This document shows positions 1-9,159 of a stretch of 64,000 nucleotides of DNA, piece after piece (within the stretch, counting starts at the first letter, position 1; each line of letters opens with the position of its first letter). Below the pieces are notes generated by a model. It saw nothing but the letters and a program-made list of their open reading frames with translations, had not been told where the DNA came from and did no database searches. The DNA comes from Giardia intestinalis. Its lineage: Eukaryota. The position numbers were made by a program, and so were the translations under genes. The DNA is taken from the NCBI GenBank assembly GCA_000002435.2, contig CM018791.1; one strand, 5' to 3'.

Positions 1-2844
1 CAATCGTTCTTGTAGTATTTCTTTCAGACTGTAATTCGGAAGCATCAAAATGCCAAAGCAGGTATGTGATGTAGGAAGGAACTGATCGTTATCTCCATTA
101 AGGGTAATTTTAAAGCGCAGCCTACTGAGCCCACCGACGGGAGCACGCGCGCTTCCACAGACAAACTTAAGCAACGCTTTGCGCTGATCCTGAGTCATGA
201 CATTGAGAACAATATCCCAGAACCATATAATAAGCGGGTGTGTTGGCGAGAGAGGCTCATCATACTTTGTGTTGTTCTTCAACGCGATGAAGTCCAGGTT
301 GGGCTCTCCACACAGAGCAATCTCAAGGTCTGCAGGCGTGAAGAGCGTGAGGGACCTGGAGCGAACAAGAAGATGGAAGCCATCTGCAAAGTCTTCAAAC
401 TGCCTAGACACAGAGTCGTTGAGAATGTAATTTGCATATGCCTTGATATACCCTTCAACATTGTGCTCGTCTACATATATCTCCTGGCCACCCTCTATCA
501 AGGGAACGTCTTCTCCGTTCGGTCCTAAAGCCGTGAAAGTCAAACAAAACGTATCCTTTATCGACGGAAGATTGCTTCCCTCTCTCAATTGTGCTGCATA
601 ATTGTAAAGATTGCACAAGCCTTTGTATATTGTAAGATCATAGTTCTCTAGGTCCTCAAACACCCCTTTGTAGCCCAATAACTTTCTGTAGAGCACGCGC
701 GGGAAGTGGTTGGTTATGTTAACCCTATTGAGCAAGCACATCCCCAGTATCATGCCGGCAAAGCAGTAGTTCTTCGATAACTTGATCCACTGCTCGCTCC
801 CTTCTGCAACCGTTCCGTTCTTACGATTAAAGTAGAAGCTGTGCGTCTCCTGGTTCTCTTCAAACAAGTCCAGGGCTTTTGAAAACATCTCATCGCAGAT
901 GAGGTTGAAGAATTCTGTCCGTGGGCCACCCTGATCGATGCCGTCCTCCCAGTCAAAGGTGATGCGCAGAGGCTTACGCAGAAAGCTTCTGTTGGAGATA
1001 CTCCGCCAGCCGTGCTCATCTTCGGGCGAGTGGCCTATGATGTGATCTAGTGTATCATAGAAAATGTTAAATCTGTTTGGATATATGACGGTTCCCATAT
1101 TGAATAAGTTTTCATAGCAGCACTCTGCACAAAGGATCTGGACCTTGATCATGGGGTCGAGGAGAAATGGATAACTTAAGAAGGTGAAGTTGACAGCAGA
1201 AAAAGGAATGTCTTTGATGGTTGACATCTGGGTCCTGAAGGAGGGAGGCATGTTTGCTGCCAACTCCATGAAGTTCAGCTGCGTGATGGGGCCCTGATAC
1301 TTGATCTCTTCAGTGCTCAGATCGTCAGGAGTTAGTGAAAGCTTGCATAAGGAGTTATCTAGAGCCAAAAGACTGCTTACCTTTGTACGACTAAGTTCAT
1401 CATCATAGATCAGAAAGGCTAAGGAGGAGAGATGCTGCACCTGCTCTCTAGAGTAAAGAAAGGTGGTAGAAGCATTGTCCAAGTTGTTTATCTCTTTGTA
1501 ATGCATTAGCCAGTACTTTGCATCCATGGCAAAGAGGTAGCTCCGGGAGTTAATGTACTCTAGCATGAAAAGGCTCTCTGGAATAAAGCGTGTCTTTACC
1601 TCTGGGCGATCGTCCACTCGGTCACCCGCTGTTTCTGCAAGAAGGTTCAGCTGCTCTTCGGACTTTACCGTATCAGCGGAGAGTACAGTGGTGTCATACG
1701 AGAAGGGAAGATTGAGTGCGTGTAGGATAGAGATCATGTGCAGAACCTGGTATATACTATCGCCGTTGTCCTTTAGGTCTAAAATGGTGACCCTCTTGTT
1801 CGGGACCTCCTTCACGAGGAGAAGACGCGATAAGTAATTCTTGGAGATCTTAACCAGACGCTCTAGTAAGAGCTTAGGGCTGAAAATGCTACTGTTCTGC
1901 AGGACTGCTAGCTGCTCTGCTGTGCTAACGTAGTGACTAAGCTCTGCCTGGAACACGGTACAAAAACTCTCCAGTCCTAAACGTAGAACCTGGAGAGTGT
2001 CCGGCGGAAGGTGTACAACTAGATCACAGAGAGATAAAAAGAGATGCTGCCGGCCGCACAATAGTTTCTCTGGGAGTGTCATCAAAAGAATTATAGCGTC
2101 TATGGCTTTATCGTTCGAAGTAATACAATCAGGGCTTGCCTCAAGGATACTGGTAAAGGATTCAACGCACTCACAAAACGTTTGAATCAGGTCCATCCCG
2201 GGACCACACACTTCCATCACTGCAGTGCCTGTTATGGAGCTGTCCTGGAACTTAGACTGGCCGCCAGCAGCCAGGGCGCGCTGTTCCTCGACGGAAAAGA
2301 TTGTCTCGAAAAACGCATGAATAGCTAGGATAGCCTGAGGAAGCGTAAAGTTATGGAATAAAAAGCTAGAAAGCCCGTCAAAGCTAACAAGCTGATTCCT
2401 AAGCATAATGGTCAGAAATTCAAAGGGAATGCAAGACTCGAGCTGTACGAGCTTAAGCCTGTCTAACTTATTTATAAAGTCCTGGAGACCCTGATCTGGG
2501 CTGAACTGTGATGGATTGCCGTACTTCCAAAGAAAGTGACCCAACGGGAGACGTGTTGCATTTGGGAGCAAATCGACACCCTTTAGCCAGAGAGACAGAA
2601 TTCTCGAGATAGTTAATGGACAAACAGCCGCGTCTCCGTGTTGGGCTGTGATCTGCTTGGCTAGCTGCGATGCCCATTTACTATCTCCAGAGTCGTCAGG
2701 GAGCATATGGGAGAAAGACTTTGAGGATCTGCAGTGATTATTGGTACAGTTAGGATCTCCACAGCCGTATTTAAGCTGCACACTTATGTACGGTGTAGGC
2801 GATAGTTGCATCAATTTCTTTTTTCTCACAGGGGTTCTAGCCAT
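1..2844 (-). CDS. HECT-domain E3 ubiquitin-protein ligase; C-terminal about 10-15 residues lie beyond the window start
   Basis: I translated this myself on the minus strand. It is missing from the ORF track because no stop codon falls inside the window. The ATG at 2844..2842 is the first in-frame ATG after an in-frame stop at 3010..3012, and the frame stays open to position 1 (948 codons). The C-terminal part shows a clear HECT domain: ...ITFDWEDGIDQGGPRTEFFNLICDEMF..., ...FTPADLEIALCGEPNLDF..., and the catalytic-Cys region ...LPTSHTCFGILMLPNYS... Confidence 0.8.
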   Translation of the reverse strand, partial: MARTPVRKKKLMQLSPTPYISVQLKYGCGDPNCTNNHCRSSKSFSHMLPDDSGDSKWASQLAKQITAQHGDAAVCPLTISRILSLWLKGVDLLPNATRLPLGHFLWKYGNPSQFSPDQGLQDFINKLDRLKLVQLESCIPFEFLTIMLRNQLVSFDGLSSFLFHNFTLPQAILAIHAFFETIFSVEEQRALAAGGQSKFQDSSITGTAVMEVCGPGMDLIQTFCECVESFTSILEASPDCITSNDKAIDAIILLMTLPEKLLCGRQHLFLSLCDLVVHLPPDTLQVLRLGLESFCTVFQAELSHYVSTAEQLAVLQNSSIFSPKLLLERLVKISKNYLSRLLLVKEVPNKRVTILDLKDNGDSIYQVLHMISILHALNLPFSYDTTVLSADTVKSEEQLNLLAETAGDRVDDRPEVKTRFIPESLFMLEYINSRSYLFAMDAKYWLMHYKEINNLDNASTTFLYSREQVQHLSSLAFLIYDDELSRTKVSSLLALDNSLCKLSLTPDDLSTEEIKYQGPITQLNFMELAANMPPSFRTQMSTIKDIPFSAVNFTFLSYPFLLDPMIKVQILCAECCYENLFNMGTVIYPNRFNIFYDTLDHIIGHSPEDEHGWRSISNRSFLRKPLRITFDWEDGIDQGGPRTEFFNLICDEMFSKALDLFEENQETHSFYFNRKNGTVAEGSEQWIKLSKNYCFAGMILGMCLLNRVNITNHFPRVLYRKLLGYKGVFEDLENYDLTIYKGLCNLYNYAAQLREGSNLPSIKDTFCLTFTALGPNGEDVPLIEGGQEIYVDEHNVEGYIKAYANYILNDSVSRQFEDFADGFHLLVRSRSLTLFTPADLEIALCGEPNLDFIALKNNTKYDEPLSPTHPLIIWFWDIVLNVMTQDQRKALLKFVCGSARAPVGGLSRLRFKITLNGDNDQFLPTSHTCFGILMLPNYSLKEILQERL

Positions 2845-2981
2845 CGACAGAAAATGATTGGTGACTCCATAGCCAGAGAAGATGAGTAGGTAACCCGAGT
2901 CGTCCAGACGTGGAAATGCCGGCTGTATATTTACTGAAGCAGAAAGGGTACACAGAAAAGAGACTTTTGATGAAGGCCGCT

Positions 2982-3902
2982 CTATAGGAAGTAATCGGGG
3001 ATGCACCTCCTATCTGGGAGGGCCCTGCATGACTTGGGAGCTGCTTCAAAGACCTTAAAGCTCCTCTCCTTGGTCTCTCTTATCTCGAGAATCGCAGCCA
3101 CATTCCCAGCTCGATAGCAGTAGTTCGGACAAGACCACAGTGTCAGCAACTTATTATTGAACTGGAACTTCATGCCCTCCATGACAAGCTGATGTGACCT
3201 GACAATCAGTTCAATGCTATTGGCTGCACAGAACTCCTGGACCACATCACTGCCGAACATGAAGCCTGCGCCTCTCTGAGACTGCTGGTATCCTCTGTCT
3301 GTTGGTAGTTCCATGGGGTCTGACCATAGAGTGTCACAAATTGGCCCAGAGAAAGGGACCTCTTCATTTCGGTGGAGTGTCTTCATAGTCGAAATATACT
3401 TTACATCGGGGCTGAGGCCGCCGTGAATACAGTAGAGCGTGTCGTCTACAGTCGCTGCGAGTGGAAGTGCGTCGAAGACATCGCAACAGAGTCTCCAAAT
3501 GCGGTTAGAGCCGTACTTGCGTAGACACTCGTCGTTATAGCCATATACTTGGGATATCTGTCTAGATTCGTGATTACCGCGAAGCAGAGATATACGGGTG
3601 GGGAATTTTACCTTAAATGCAATGAGAAGAAGGAATGTCTCGACAGAGAAGTAGCCCCTGTCGACGTAATCCCCAAGGAAGAGGTACTGTACATCTGGAA
3701 TGCTTCCCCCGATGCTGAACATTTCTCTGAGGTCATAAAACTGACCGTGGATATCTCCGACAAGGGTTATCGGACTAACGAGGGTAAGCACGTTGGGTTC
3801 CTGAACAAGAATCTCACGCGCGCGATGCGTCAGCTCCTCAACTTCTAACTCAGTGGGCAATTCACAGCGCTTGAGGCGTTCGAGTGCTGCATCAAGGTCC
3901 AT
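2982..3902 (-). CDS. Ser/Thr protein phosphatase 2A-family catalytic subunit (PPP family)
   Basis: 306 aa with an ATG start (cat at 3900..3902). PPP signature motifs are GDIHGQ, GDYVDRG, GNHE and HGG. The C-terminus ends ...IPDYFL, the conserved PP2A/PP4 tail ending in the methylated Leu. Confidence 0.9.
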   Translation of the reverse strand: MDLDAALERLKRCELPTELEVEELTHRAREILVQEPNVLTLVSPITLVGDIHGQFYDLREMFSIGGSIPDVQYLFLGDYVDRGYFSVETFLLLIAFKVKFPTRISLLRGNHESRQISQVYGYNDECLRKYGSNRIWRLCCDVFDALPLAATVDDTLYCIHGGLSPDVKYISTMKTLHRNEEVPFSGPICDTLWSDPMELPTDRGYQQSQRGAGFMFGSDVVQEFCAANSIELIVRSHQLVMEGMKFQFNNKLLTLWSCPNYCYRAGNVAAILEIRETKERSFKVFEAAPKSCRALPDRRCIPDYFL

Positions 3903-3977
3903 AAATTGTTTTTTGCCTTTACTGATTTACACTGGTGTGAGCCGGTTCGGATCCTCTCGGACCCTTCATGGGAGTAA

Positions 3978-4592
3978 CTATATCTTTCGCTGTATAAGGT
4001 AACGCTTAATAGTCTTAAGTTGCCAAACAGTGACGCCAATGTACGTTACTATGCATAAAAGGTTTGTAACAACAACACTACGCCTCGTGGAGGAGATCTG
4101 AGATTCAAACCGGTCAAAGTTGGTGTGTATTACTTCTGCCTGCTGGTCAATTGCCTTCGCCTTCGCTAAGAGCCTAGTTACAGTTTGCTCCTCCTGTCTG
4201 CGCTTTGCATCCACCGAGTCATTGGCTGGGGCGTGGCTCTCTATTGAGAGACTCATGCGACCGACCGACTTGTCCATCTTTGCAGAGCCGCCACCAAGGC
4301 AGACCTTGTAGTCGCCTACTTGCCGGGGGCTGAAGAGAAGCTCCCCCCTGTCCGAGAGCTGAGTGTCAAAGACAACCGCGTCATAAACGTCGTATATTTG
4401 CAGTAAGACACTGCTAGTTCGCTGATTGAGCGATGTGCTCCCTTTGGCATAGAGCTCCGGGGTATTGACGGAATACAAAAGCCGAATGTCTTGATCGACA
4501 ACGGCCTTGTGCCGGAAGCAGATTACGTTAGAGTTTGTAAAGTCAAAGTACAGAGCATTGGTGGCGGTTAATAGGAACAGCAAGGAAAGCAT
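3978..4592 (-). CDS. p24/emp24 (GOLD-domain) cargo receptor family protein
   Basis: The ORF-track start at 4655 is TTG (sequence agccaa rather than agccat), and no in-frame ATG lies upstream before the stop at 4686. The first ATG is at 4592..4590 and gives the N-terminus MLSLLFLLTATNALY, which looks like a signal peptide. The protein has a lumenal domain with CF...C cysteines, a coiled-coil segment, and a single C-terminal TM with the p24-like GVTVWQLKTIKRYL motif and a short tail. Confidence 0.55.
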   Translation of the reverse strand: MLSLLFLLTATNALYFDFTNSNVICFRHKAVVDQDIRLLYSVNTPELYAKGSTSLNQRTSSVLLQIYDVYDAVVFDTQLSDRGELLFSPRQVGDYKVCLGGGSAKMDKSVGRMSLSIESHAPANDSVDAKRRQEEQTVTRLLAKAKAIDQQAEVIHTNFDRFESQISSTRRSVVVTNLLCIVTYIGVTVWQLKTIKRYLIQRKI

Positions 4593-4701
4593 ACAGTGGC
4601 TGATCGACAGCTTCAAAGCGTCAAATTGAAAAATCAAGCCAAAGTAATAAGCCAAAAAGTAATGTATAGATATTTGGTTACAGTTTTATCTGAAACTGTC
4701 C

Positions 4702-5295
4702 ATGACACCCGATGGCGAGGAAAAAGCCACTAAAGATCAAAAACCGTCTCCGCTTTGCTTAAGCAGCGATGTCTTTGTAACATTTGAGTACACGGTTAGC
4801 GGGGAGGAGCCCAGCCAACCCTGCTACACAAAGAACTCCAACCATGCTTTTTCTACCTCTCAGGATACAATAGGAGAGCTAATTGCAGATACTGTGCTTG
4901 TCAGGGGTATGCCACTTGCATCAGGAAGAATGCTAAAACAGATCCTATTGAGCTGTGTTTCTGCTATCGTTTCAGCGGACGATTATCCCGCATCCATTAG
5001 GCAAAGTCTTGTCAAGCACATCAGTGATGCTAGTGTCTCCAGTCAGGTGATTAGGAGGCGTTACATTACCTACGGTAGGGAGCATCAGAACATATTGAAA
5101 GGTCTTCTTCATAGCGCCGTGGCCTGCAGTGTCTCATATAACTTAACGACTGATCCAGCTGTGCTTTCACACATGGTAACCTACATGAACGCGCTTCTAC
5201 CCACTGGAGAGATAAAGACCATAGTCTGTGGGATCTCCAAATTTGATGAAAACGCACCTGGGTCTATGCTTAAATCCGCCTTTTTTCGTCTCTAG
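4702..5295 (+). CDS. hypothetical protein (197 aa)
   Basis: ATG verified at 4702. Clean ORF, divergent from the p24 gene across a 110-bp intergenic region. No recognisable domain. Confidence 0.5.
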   Translation: MTPDGEEKATKDQKPSPLCLSSDVFVTFEYTVSGEEPSQPCYTKNSNHAFSTSQDTIGELIADTVLVRGMPLASGRMLKQILLSCVSAIVSADDYPASIRQSLVKHISDASVSSQVIRRRYITYGREHQNILKGLLHSAVACSVSYNLTTDPAVLSHMVTYMNALLPTGEIKTIVCGISKFDENAPGSMLKSAFFRL

Positions 5296-5378
5296 GAGTT
5301 GATGCCAACAATGAGCTATGTAGGATATTATCCAATAAGCTTGTCAGTATTACAACAAACCTTACAGTAAGCGCTACA

Positions 5379-6584
5379 ATGAAACCCAGTAAGTTCTGTG
5401 ATGAGATTGCTCGCGCCTTGCGTGATTTATCGAGCAACCGAGAAATCTTGTACATGGGCTGCTTAATGCAATGGCAGAACAAGGCATTTACCATCCTCTA
5501 TGAACAGCATTTCTCTGATGTCATAGAAGTAGTCCACAAGTTGACCATGAAGATTCTGAATATGTCTGTTTCAATGAAAGAGCAGTTTCGGTCTTTCTTG
5601 GCCCAGTATGAACTTAGTGTTAAGGGCCCTTCTGTTACTGATGAATCTATCGGGTCTGATGCTTCAGGCGCTGAACCGGCTTCCAGGAAGACTTTATCAA
5701 AAGTGGATACTGAAGCAGGGCTTCGCCCCGCGTTGCGAGTGTATAGTACTGTACGTTGGACGTACTTATACATATGTATTCTCAACTTTTATGAAAATCT
5801 AGAGCGGCTCATAGCGTTCATAAGTCGGTGCCCGAATACAACCTCTGTTCTTTCAAAGCATCTTGCTACACAGCTTATTAACCTTACCTGGATTCGGCGA
5901 TTGGCGTTCCTTGCAGATATCTTCCAGCTCTGTAGGGGCCTCCGACTCCTAATGGAAGGGCCACGTATTGTACCGGGGCACGCGCTGCTGGAGATGGGCG
6001 GGCTCCGGGACGCGCTGCAGACGGTGCTCGCCGAGCTCCGGGCCGGGGTCTGGACCCGCCTCCCCCGGCTGGGTGCGCGCCTTCGGGATGGGGCCGCACT
6101 CCCTGACGAGGAGAGGAGGTCCCTTGCGGGCGCCCTGGAGGCCTTTGTCGCCGAGCTCGATGCGTGCTTGTCGGCGTACCGGCAGTGCCTTCCGCTTCTC
6201 CGGCTGACGGTGTCCCCCGTGTGTGCCCCGGCAGCGGGAGGAGCGGCGCCTCCGGAGCCATTCCCGGTTCCAGGGGTGGACCGGGACGGGTTTACCGCGG
6301 AGTATCGGGGCTTCAGCGGCGGAGAACGCGGAGACGCGCACCGGCGTTGCCTGGAAAGAATTCGCGGCATGACGTGCAACGCGGCCCGCTGGAACGCACT
6401 AGTGACCTTCTGGGCGGACCAGAGGGCAGCGTATCCGCAGACCAGCCGGGCCGCGCTCGGGCTCCTGACGGTACTCGCGACCGTCTGTGCCTCCGAAGTA
6501 TCCTCCTCCGCGCTCAAGCGGGCCCTGAGCCGGGGAGCAGGCGCCGTGCTCCTTGCGCGCCTCGACGCGCGCGTGGGCGAGTAA
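5379..6584 (+). CDS. hypothetical protein (401 aa), mosaic: a normal-composition N-terminal half fused in frame to a GC-rich repeat-derived C-terminal half
   Basis: ATG verified at 5379. Codon third-position GC changes abruptly at nt 5975, which is exactly where the large inverted repeat begins. The C-terminal 202 codons (Ala/Arg/Leu/Gly/Pro-rich, GC3 about 90%) are also present in the second repeat copy with a different 12-aa N-terminus (ORF 21154..21798). Confidence 0.45.
   Translation: MKPSKFCDEIARALRDLSSNREILYMGCLMQWQNKAFTILYEQHFSDVIEVVHKLTMKILNMSVSMKEQFRSFLAQYELSVKGPSVTDESIGSDASGAEPASRKTLSKVDTEAGLRPALRVYSTVRWTYLYICILNFYENLERLIAFISRCPNTTSVLSKHLATQLINLTWIRRLAFLADIFQLCRGLRLLMEGPRIVPGHALLEMGGLRDALQTVLAELRAGVWTRLPRLGARLRDGAALPDEERRSLAGALEAFVAELDACLSAYRQCLPLLRLTVSPVCAPAAGGAAPPEPFPVPGVDRDGFTAEYRGFSGGERGDAHRRCLERIRGMTCNAARWNALVTFWADQRAAYPQTSRAALGLLTVLATVCASEVSSSALKRALSRGAGAVLLARLDARVGE
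5975..6584 (+). other. compositionally anomalous GC-rich block (about 73% GC) at the outer end of the inverted repeat; strong GC3 periodicity in the + frame
   Basis: Seen directly: the flanking sequence is about 45-50% GC. Many overlapping ORFs appear on both strands, as expected for GC-rich DNA. The mirrored copy is at 21154..21763. Confidence 0.6.
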
Positions 6585-6595
6585 AGCAGGGAAAG

Positions 6596-6668
6596 TACCG
6601 ACGACGGGGCTCGAACCCGCGACCACAGGATTAAGAGTCCTGCGCTCTACCGACTGAGCTACATCGGC
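6596..6668 (-). tRNA. tRNA-Lys (anticodon CUU), 73 nt, no encoded CCA
   Basis: I folded the reverse complement by eye: GCCGATG acceptor arm, TA, GCTC/GAGC D-arm, CAGGA-CTCTTAA-TCCTG anticodon arm (U33, CTT at 34-36, A37), a 5-nt variable loop, GCGGG-TTCGAGC-CCCGT T-arm, and CGTCGGT closing the acceptor stem with two G-U pairs plus discriminator A. It is very close to the metazoan tRNA-Lys-CTT sequence. Confidence 0.85.
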
Positions 6669-6732
6669 GCGACCGCACGCAGAATATCAGAATGACTTGT
6701 AATTTTGCTAGCAGTGTGTTGGTATTTGATCA

Positions 6733-9159
6733 ATGGCCGTTCTGCCGTCCGGCTACACGTACCTCCAGACCCTCGAGGACGGCGTCCTTCGCAAGCTCTA
6801 TACGGCCGCCCGGCACGATGGCGTCTCCTGCCTTTGTGAGGAGGTCTTTGTTGGACCTCCCCCTGCGCCTTCTGCCTCTTCGCTTCGCGCCTGTCCTGCC
6901 CTGATCGCTCGCCTCGATTCGCCCTTCCTTGGAAAATACATTCTTGTCCAGCCAGATAATCAGCGCAGGTCTGTCTTTCTTCTTTCCCAGCATGTCCAGG
7001 ATTTCTCTCTCTTCACTCTCTTTACGGCCCACACAGGCTCGCGACCATACACTCCAGAGGATGATATATGGCAAATTTTATATGGCGCACTTCAAGGACT
7101 GGCCTATCTTCATAGCCCTTTGGCAAAGCCTGTTCTTGTTCACGGTGCAATTTCACCCACCTCGGTCTATGTGTCTAGAGATGGAGCTGGGCTTTTGCGG
7201 TCACTGTGGAGCGTTCGAGAAAGTGGATCCCCCTTTACGGGCGACGCATACTCACCCCTCACCCCATACGTAGCCCCCGAGGTCCTGAAATCTCAGGCCA
7301 TAACTACCAAGGCAGACGTTTGGGCTCTTGGTTGTATAATTTATGAACTATGTGTGCAAAAGCAACTCTTTGCTGCGGCTAGCGAAGAAGAGATGGTCGC
7401 GCGTATCCTCACACCCGTGTCTGTCACCTTGCCGCCACAGTACTCGCGCGACTTAGTGACCGTTCTTCGCGCCATGCTTGAACAAGACCCGTTCCAACGG
7501 CCAGGAGCTGTTGTTCTTCTCGGACACCCTCGCTTCGAGCACTTCGATAATTCCCTCCCTGAGGATCACGAGGCTACCGCTGACTGCAAAGATCCTACCC
7601 TTTCTCGTGTCAACACAGTGCTAGCAGACAGCACAATGTCCTTTAGTTCCGTTGGCAGCTCTGTGGCCCCACTTCTTCCCGAATCTAATAGCCCCCTTTC
7701 CCAGGCAATTGCCGCCGGCAACAAGACTGCATTTACGAAGGCGCTAGGGGCATGGAAAGGGAAAGCAGACTCGAACGGCTACTCCAGCCTAATGTACGCC
7801 ATAGTCTATCAGAATACACCGATGGCTAAGCTTCTATTGAAATCGGATGCAGGGCTCCAGGACCGCACTGGCCGAAGCGCACTTATGTACGCATCTTCCT
7901 ATGACAAACTTGAACTCGTTCAAGAACTGATCCGGCGCGAGGGACGCCTTCGCGACAGGGCTGGGCGAACGGCGCTAATGCATGCAGCAGCGTCTGACTC
8001 CTTGCTGTCTATACGAGCCCTCATTCCCCTCGAAGCAGGGCTTGCCGATAATGAAGGCTCAACTGCCTTGATGATCGCCATTAAGAGCGGCGCATATCGT
8101 GCCGTGAGCATGCTTTATATTCAGGAAGCCAGATATCAATCTATGCTGGGAAAGACCGCCCTTATGCTTGCTGCACAACTTGATTGCGGCGTAGCCATCA
8201 ATCTGCTTGCAGAGGAGGAGACATACCTTGAGGACTCGTATGGGATGACTGCATCCCAATATGCCGAGCTGGCTGGTAACCAAGTTGGCGAGCTAGCACT
8301 TCGAGAACATGATCAAACCATAGTAACCGGGAAAACAGTTGCGGGGAGGCTGAGCTCTCTTCCTAAGCTGGGAATCAAAGGCGGGGCCCTGACCCTCGAG
8401 GAACGAGAACGCGTCAATATGCTGTCGGGATCACTTCCCAGAGATGAGCAAGGCAATACGTCGTTAATGCTGGCTATTCTGGAAGGCGATCGAATCTCTG
8501 CCGAAAGCTATCTTCCGAGCCAGATGGGCTTTAGAAATGCTGATTCAGAAACAGCCCTTATGCTTTGCGCAAAGAAGAATCTATCTGGTATCGCTGCTCT
8601 TCTCCTTGCTGCAGAGTCGGGACTGCGCGTTGGGCTTAGCTCTTCTGTGCCCAAGGAGCGAGTTGGCATGACTGCGCTCATGCATGCAGCAGAAGCAAAT
8701 GCAGTAGAGGTGTGCAAGGTCCTTTTGACAGCAGAGGCCGGGTCAGTGCGAAAGGACGGCAAGACGGCCCTTATTCTTGCCGCTATGGCTGACGCAAAAG
8801 ACGCTGCCCTTGTCTTGGGAGCTTGTGATAAAGAGGCAGGCCAGCATGACACAAACGGCTTCACAGCTCTGATGGGGGCTGTGCAGCATAGAAATGTAGA
8901 TCTTGCCAAGCTTCTATTGAAGAAAGAAGCCGGCTTTCAGAAAAACGACGGCACTGCTGCGATACACATTGCAGTGTTTCTCGAAGATGTCGCCTTGGTA
9001 AAGCTGCTCTTTTCTTATGAAAAGGACTTGCAGCTAGCAGACGGCAGAACTGCCCAGACGATTGCAATTGCTCTTAACAATCCTGCATTGCAGGCTGTCT
9101 TCGATGAACCCACAAAGAAGCGCTCCAAAAGCCGGGCACAAGGGAGCGCCAAGCGATAG
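6733..9159 (+). CDS. NEK-like protein kinase-fold protein (predicted pseudokinase) with C-terminal ankyrin-repeat array, 808 aa; copy A
   Basis: ATG verified at 6733. The N-terminal 265 aa have a kinase fold (APE-like TPYVAPEVL, subdomain IX ADVWALGCIIYEL), but no recognisable G-loop, HRD Asp or DFG (VHGAISPTSV / SLWS). The rest carries about 14 ankyrin repeats (TALMxAA..G). This architecture is typical of Giardia NEK/ankyrin proteins. Confidence 0.8.
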   Translation: MAVLPSGYTYLQTLEDGVLRKLYTAARHDGVSCLCEEVFVGPPPAPSASSLRACPALIARLDSPFLGKYILVQPDNQRRSVFLLSQHVQDFSLFTLFTAHTGSRPYTPEDDIWQILYGALQGLAYLHSPLAKPVLVHGAISPTSVYVSRDGAGLLRSLWSVRESGSPFTGDAYSPLTPYVAPEVLKSQAITTKADVWALGCIIYELCVQKQLFAAASEEEMVARILTPVSVTLPPQYSRDLVTVLRAMLEQDPFQRPGAVVLLGHPRFEHFDNSLPEDHEATADCKDPTLSRVNTVLADSTMSFSSVGSSVAPLLPESNSPLSQAIAAGNKTAFTKALGAWKGKADSNGYSSLMYAIVYQNTPMAKLLLKSDAGLQDRTGRSALMYASSYDKLELVQELIRREGRLRDRAGRTALMHAAASDSLLSIRALIPLEAGLADNEGSTALMIAIKSGAYRAVSMLYIQEARYQSMLGKTALMLAAQLDCGVAINLLAEEETYLEDSYGMTASQYAELAGNQVGELALREHDQTIVTGKTVAGRLSSLPKLGIKGGALTLEERERVNMLSGSLPRDEQGNTSLMLAILEGDRISAESYLPSQMGFRNADSETALMLCAKKNLSGIAALLLAAESGLRVGLSSSVPKERVGMTALMHAAEANAVEVCKVLLTAEAGSVRKDGKTALILAAMADAKDAALVLGACDKEAGQHDTNGFTALMGAVQHRNVDLAKLLLKKEAGFQKNDGTAAIHIAVFLEDVALVKLLFSYEKDLQLADGRTAQTIAIALNNPALQAVFDEPTKKRSKSRAQGSAKR

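Noticed and set aside
3978-4655. ORF-track start at 4655 for the p24-like gene, and at 35971 for the 1182-aa ORF
   Set aside because: Both start codons are TTG in the sequence, because the track uses alternative starts. For a eukaryote I moved the starts to the first in-frame ATGs (4592 and 35992). The ATG at 4592 also yields a proper signal peptide.
5789-6634. Stack of overlapping 75-242-aa ORFs on both strands (5789..6517 -, 5884..6261 -, 5949..6341 -, 5968..6207 +, 6164..6634 +, 6399..6626 -), and their mirror images around 21104..21871
   Set aside because: They lie in the 73% GC block, where stop codons are rare in every frame. The translations are Ser/Arg/Pro/Ala junk. Only the + frame, read through from 5379, shows GC3 periodicity.
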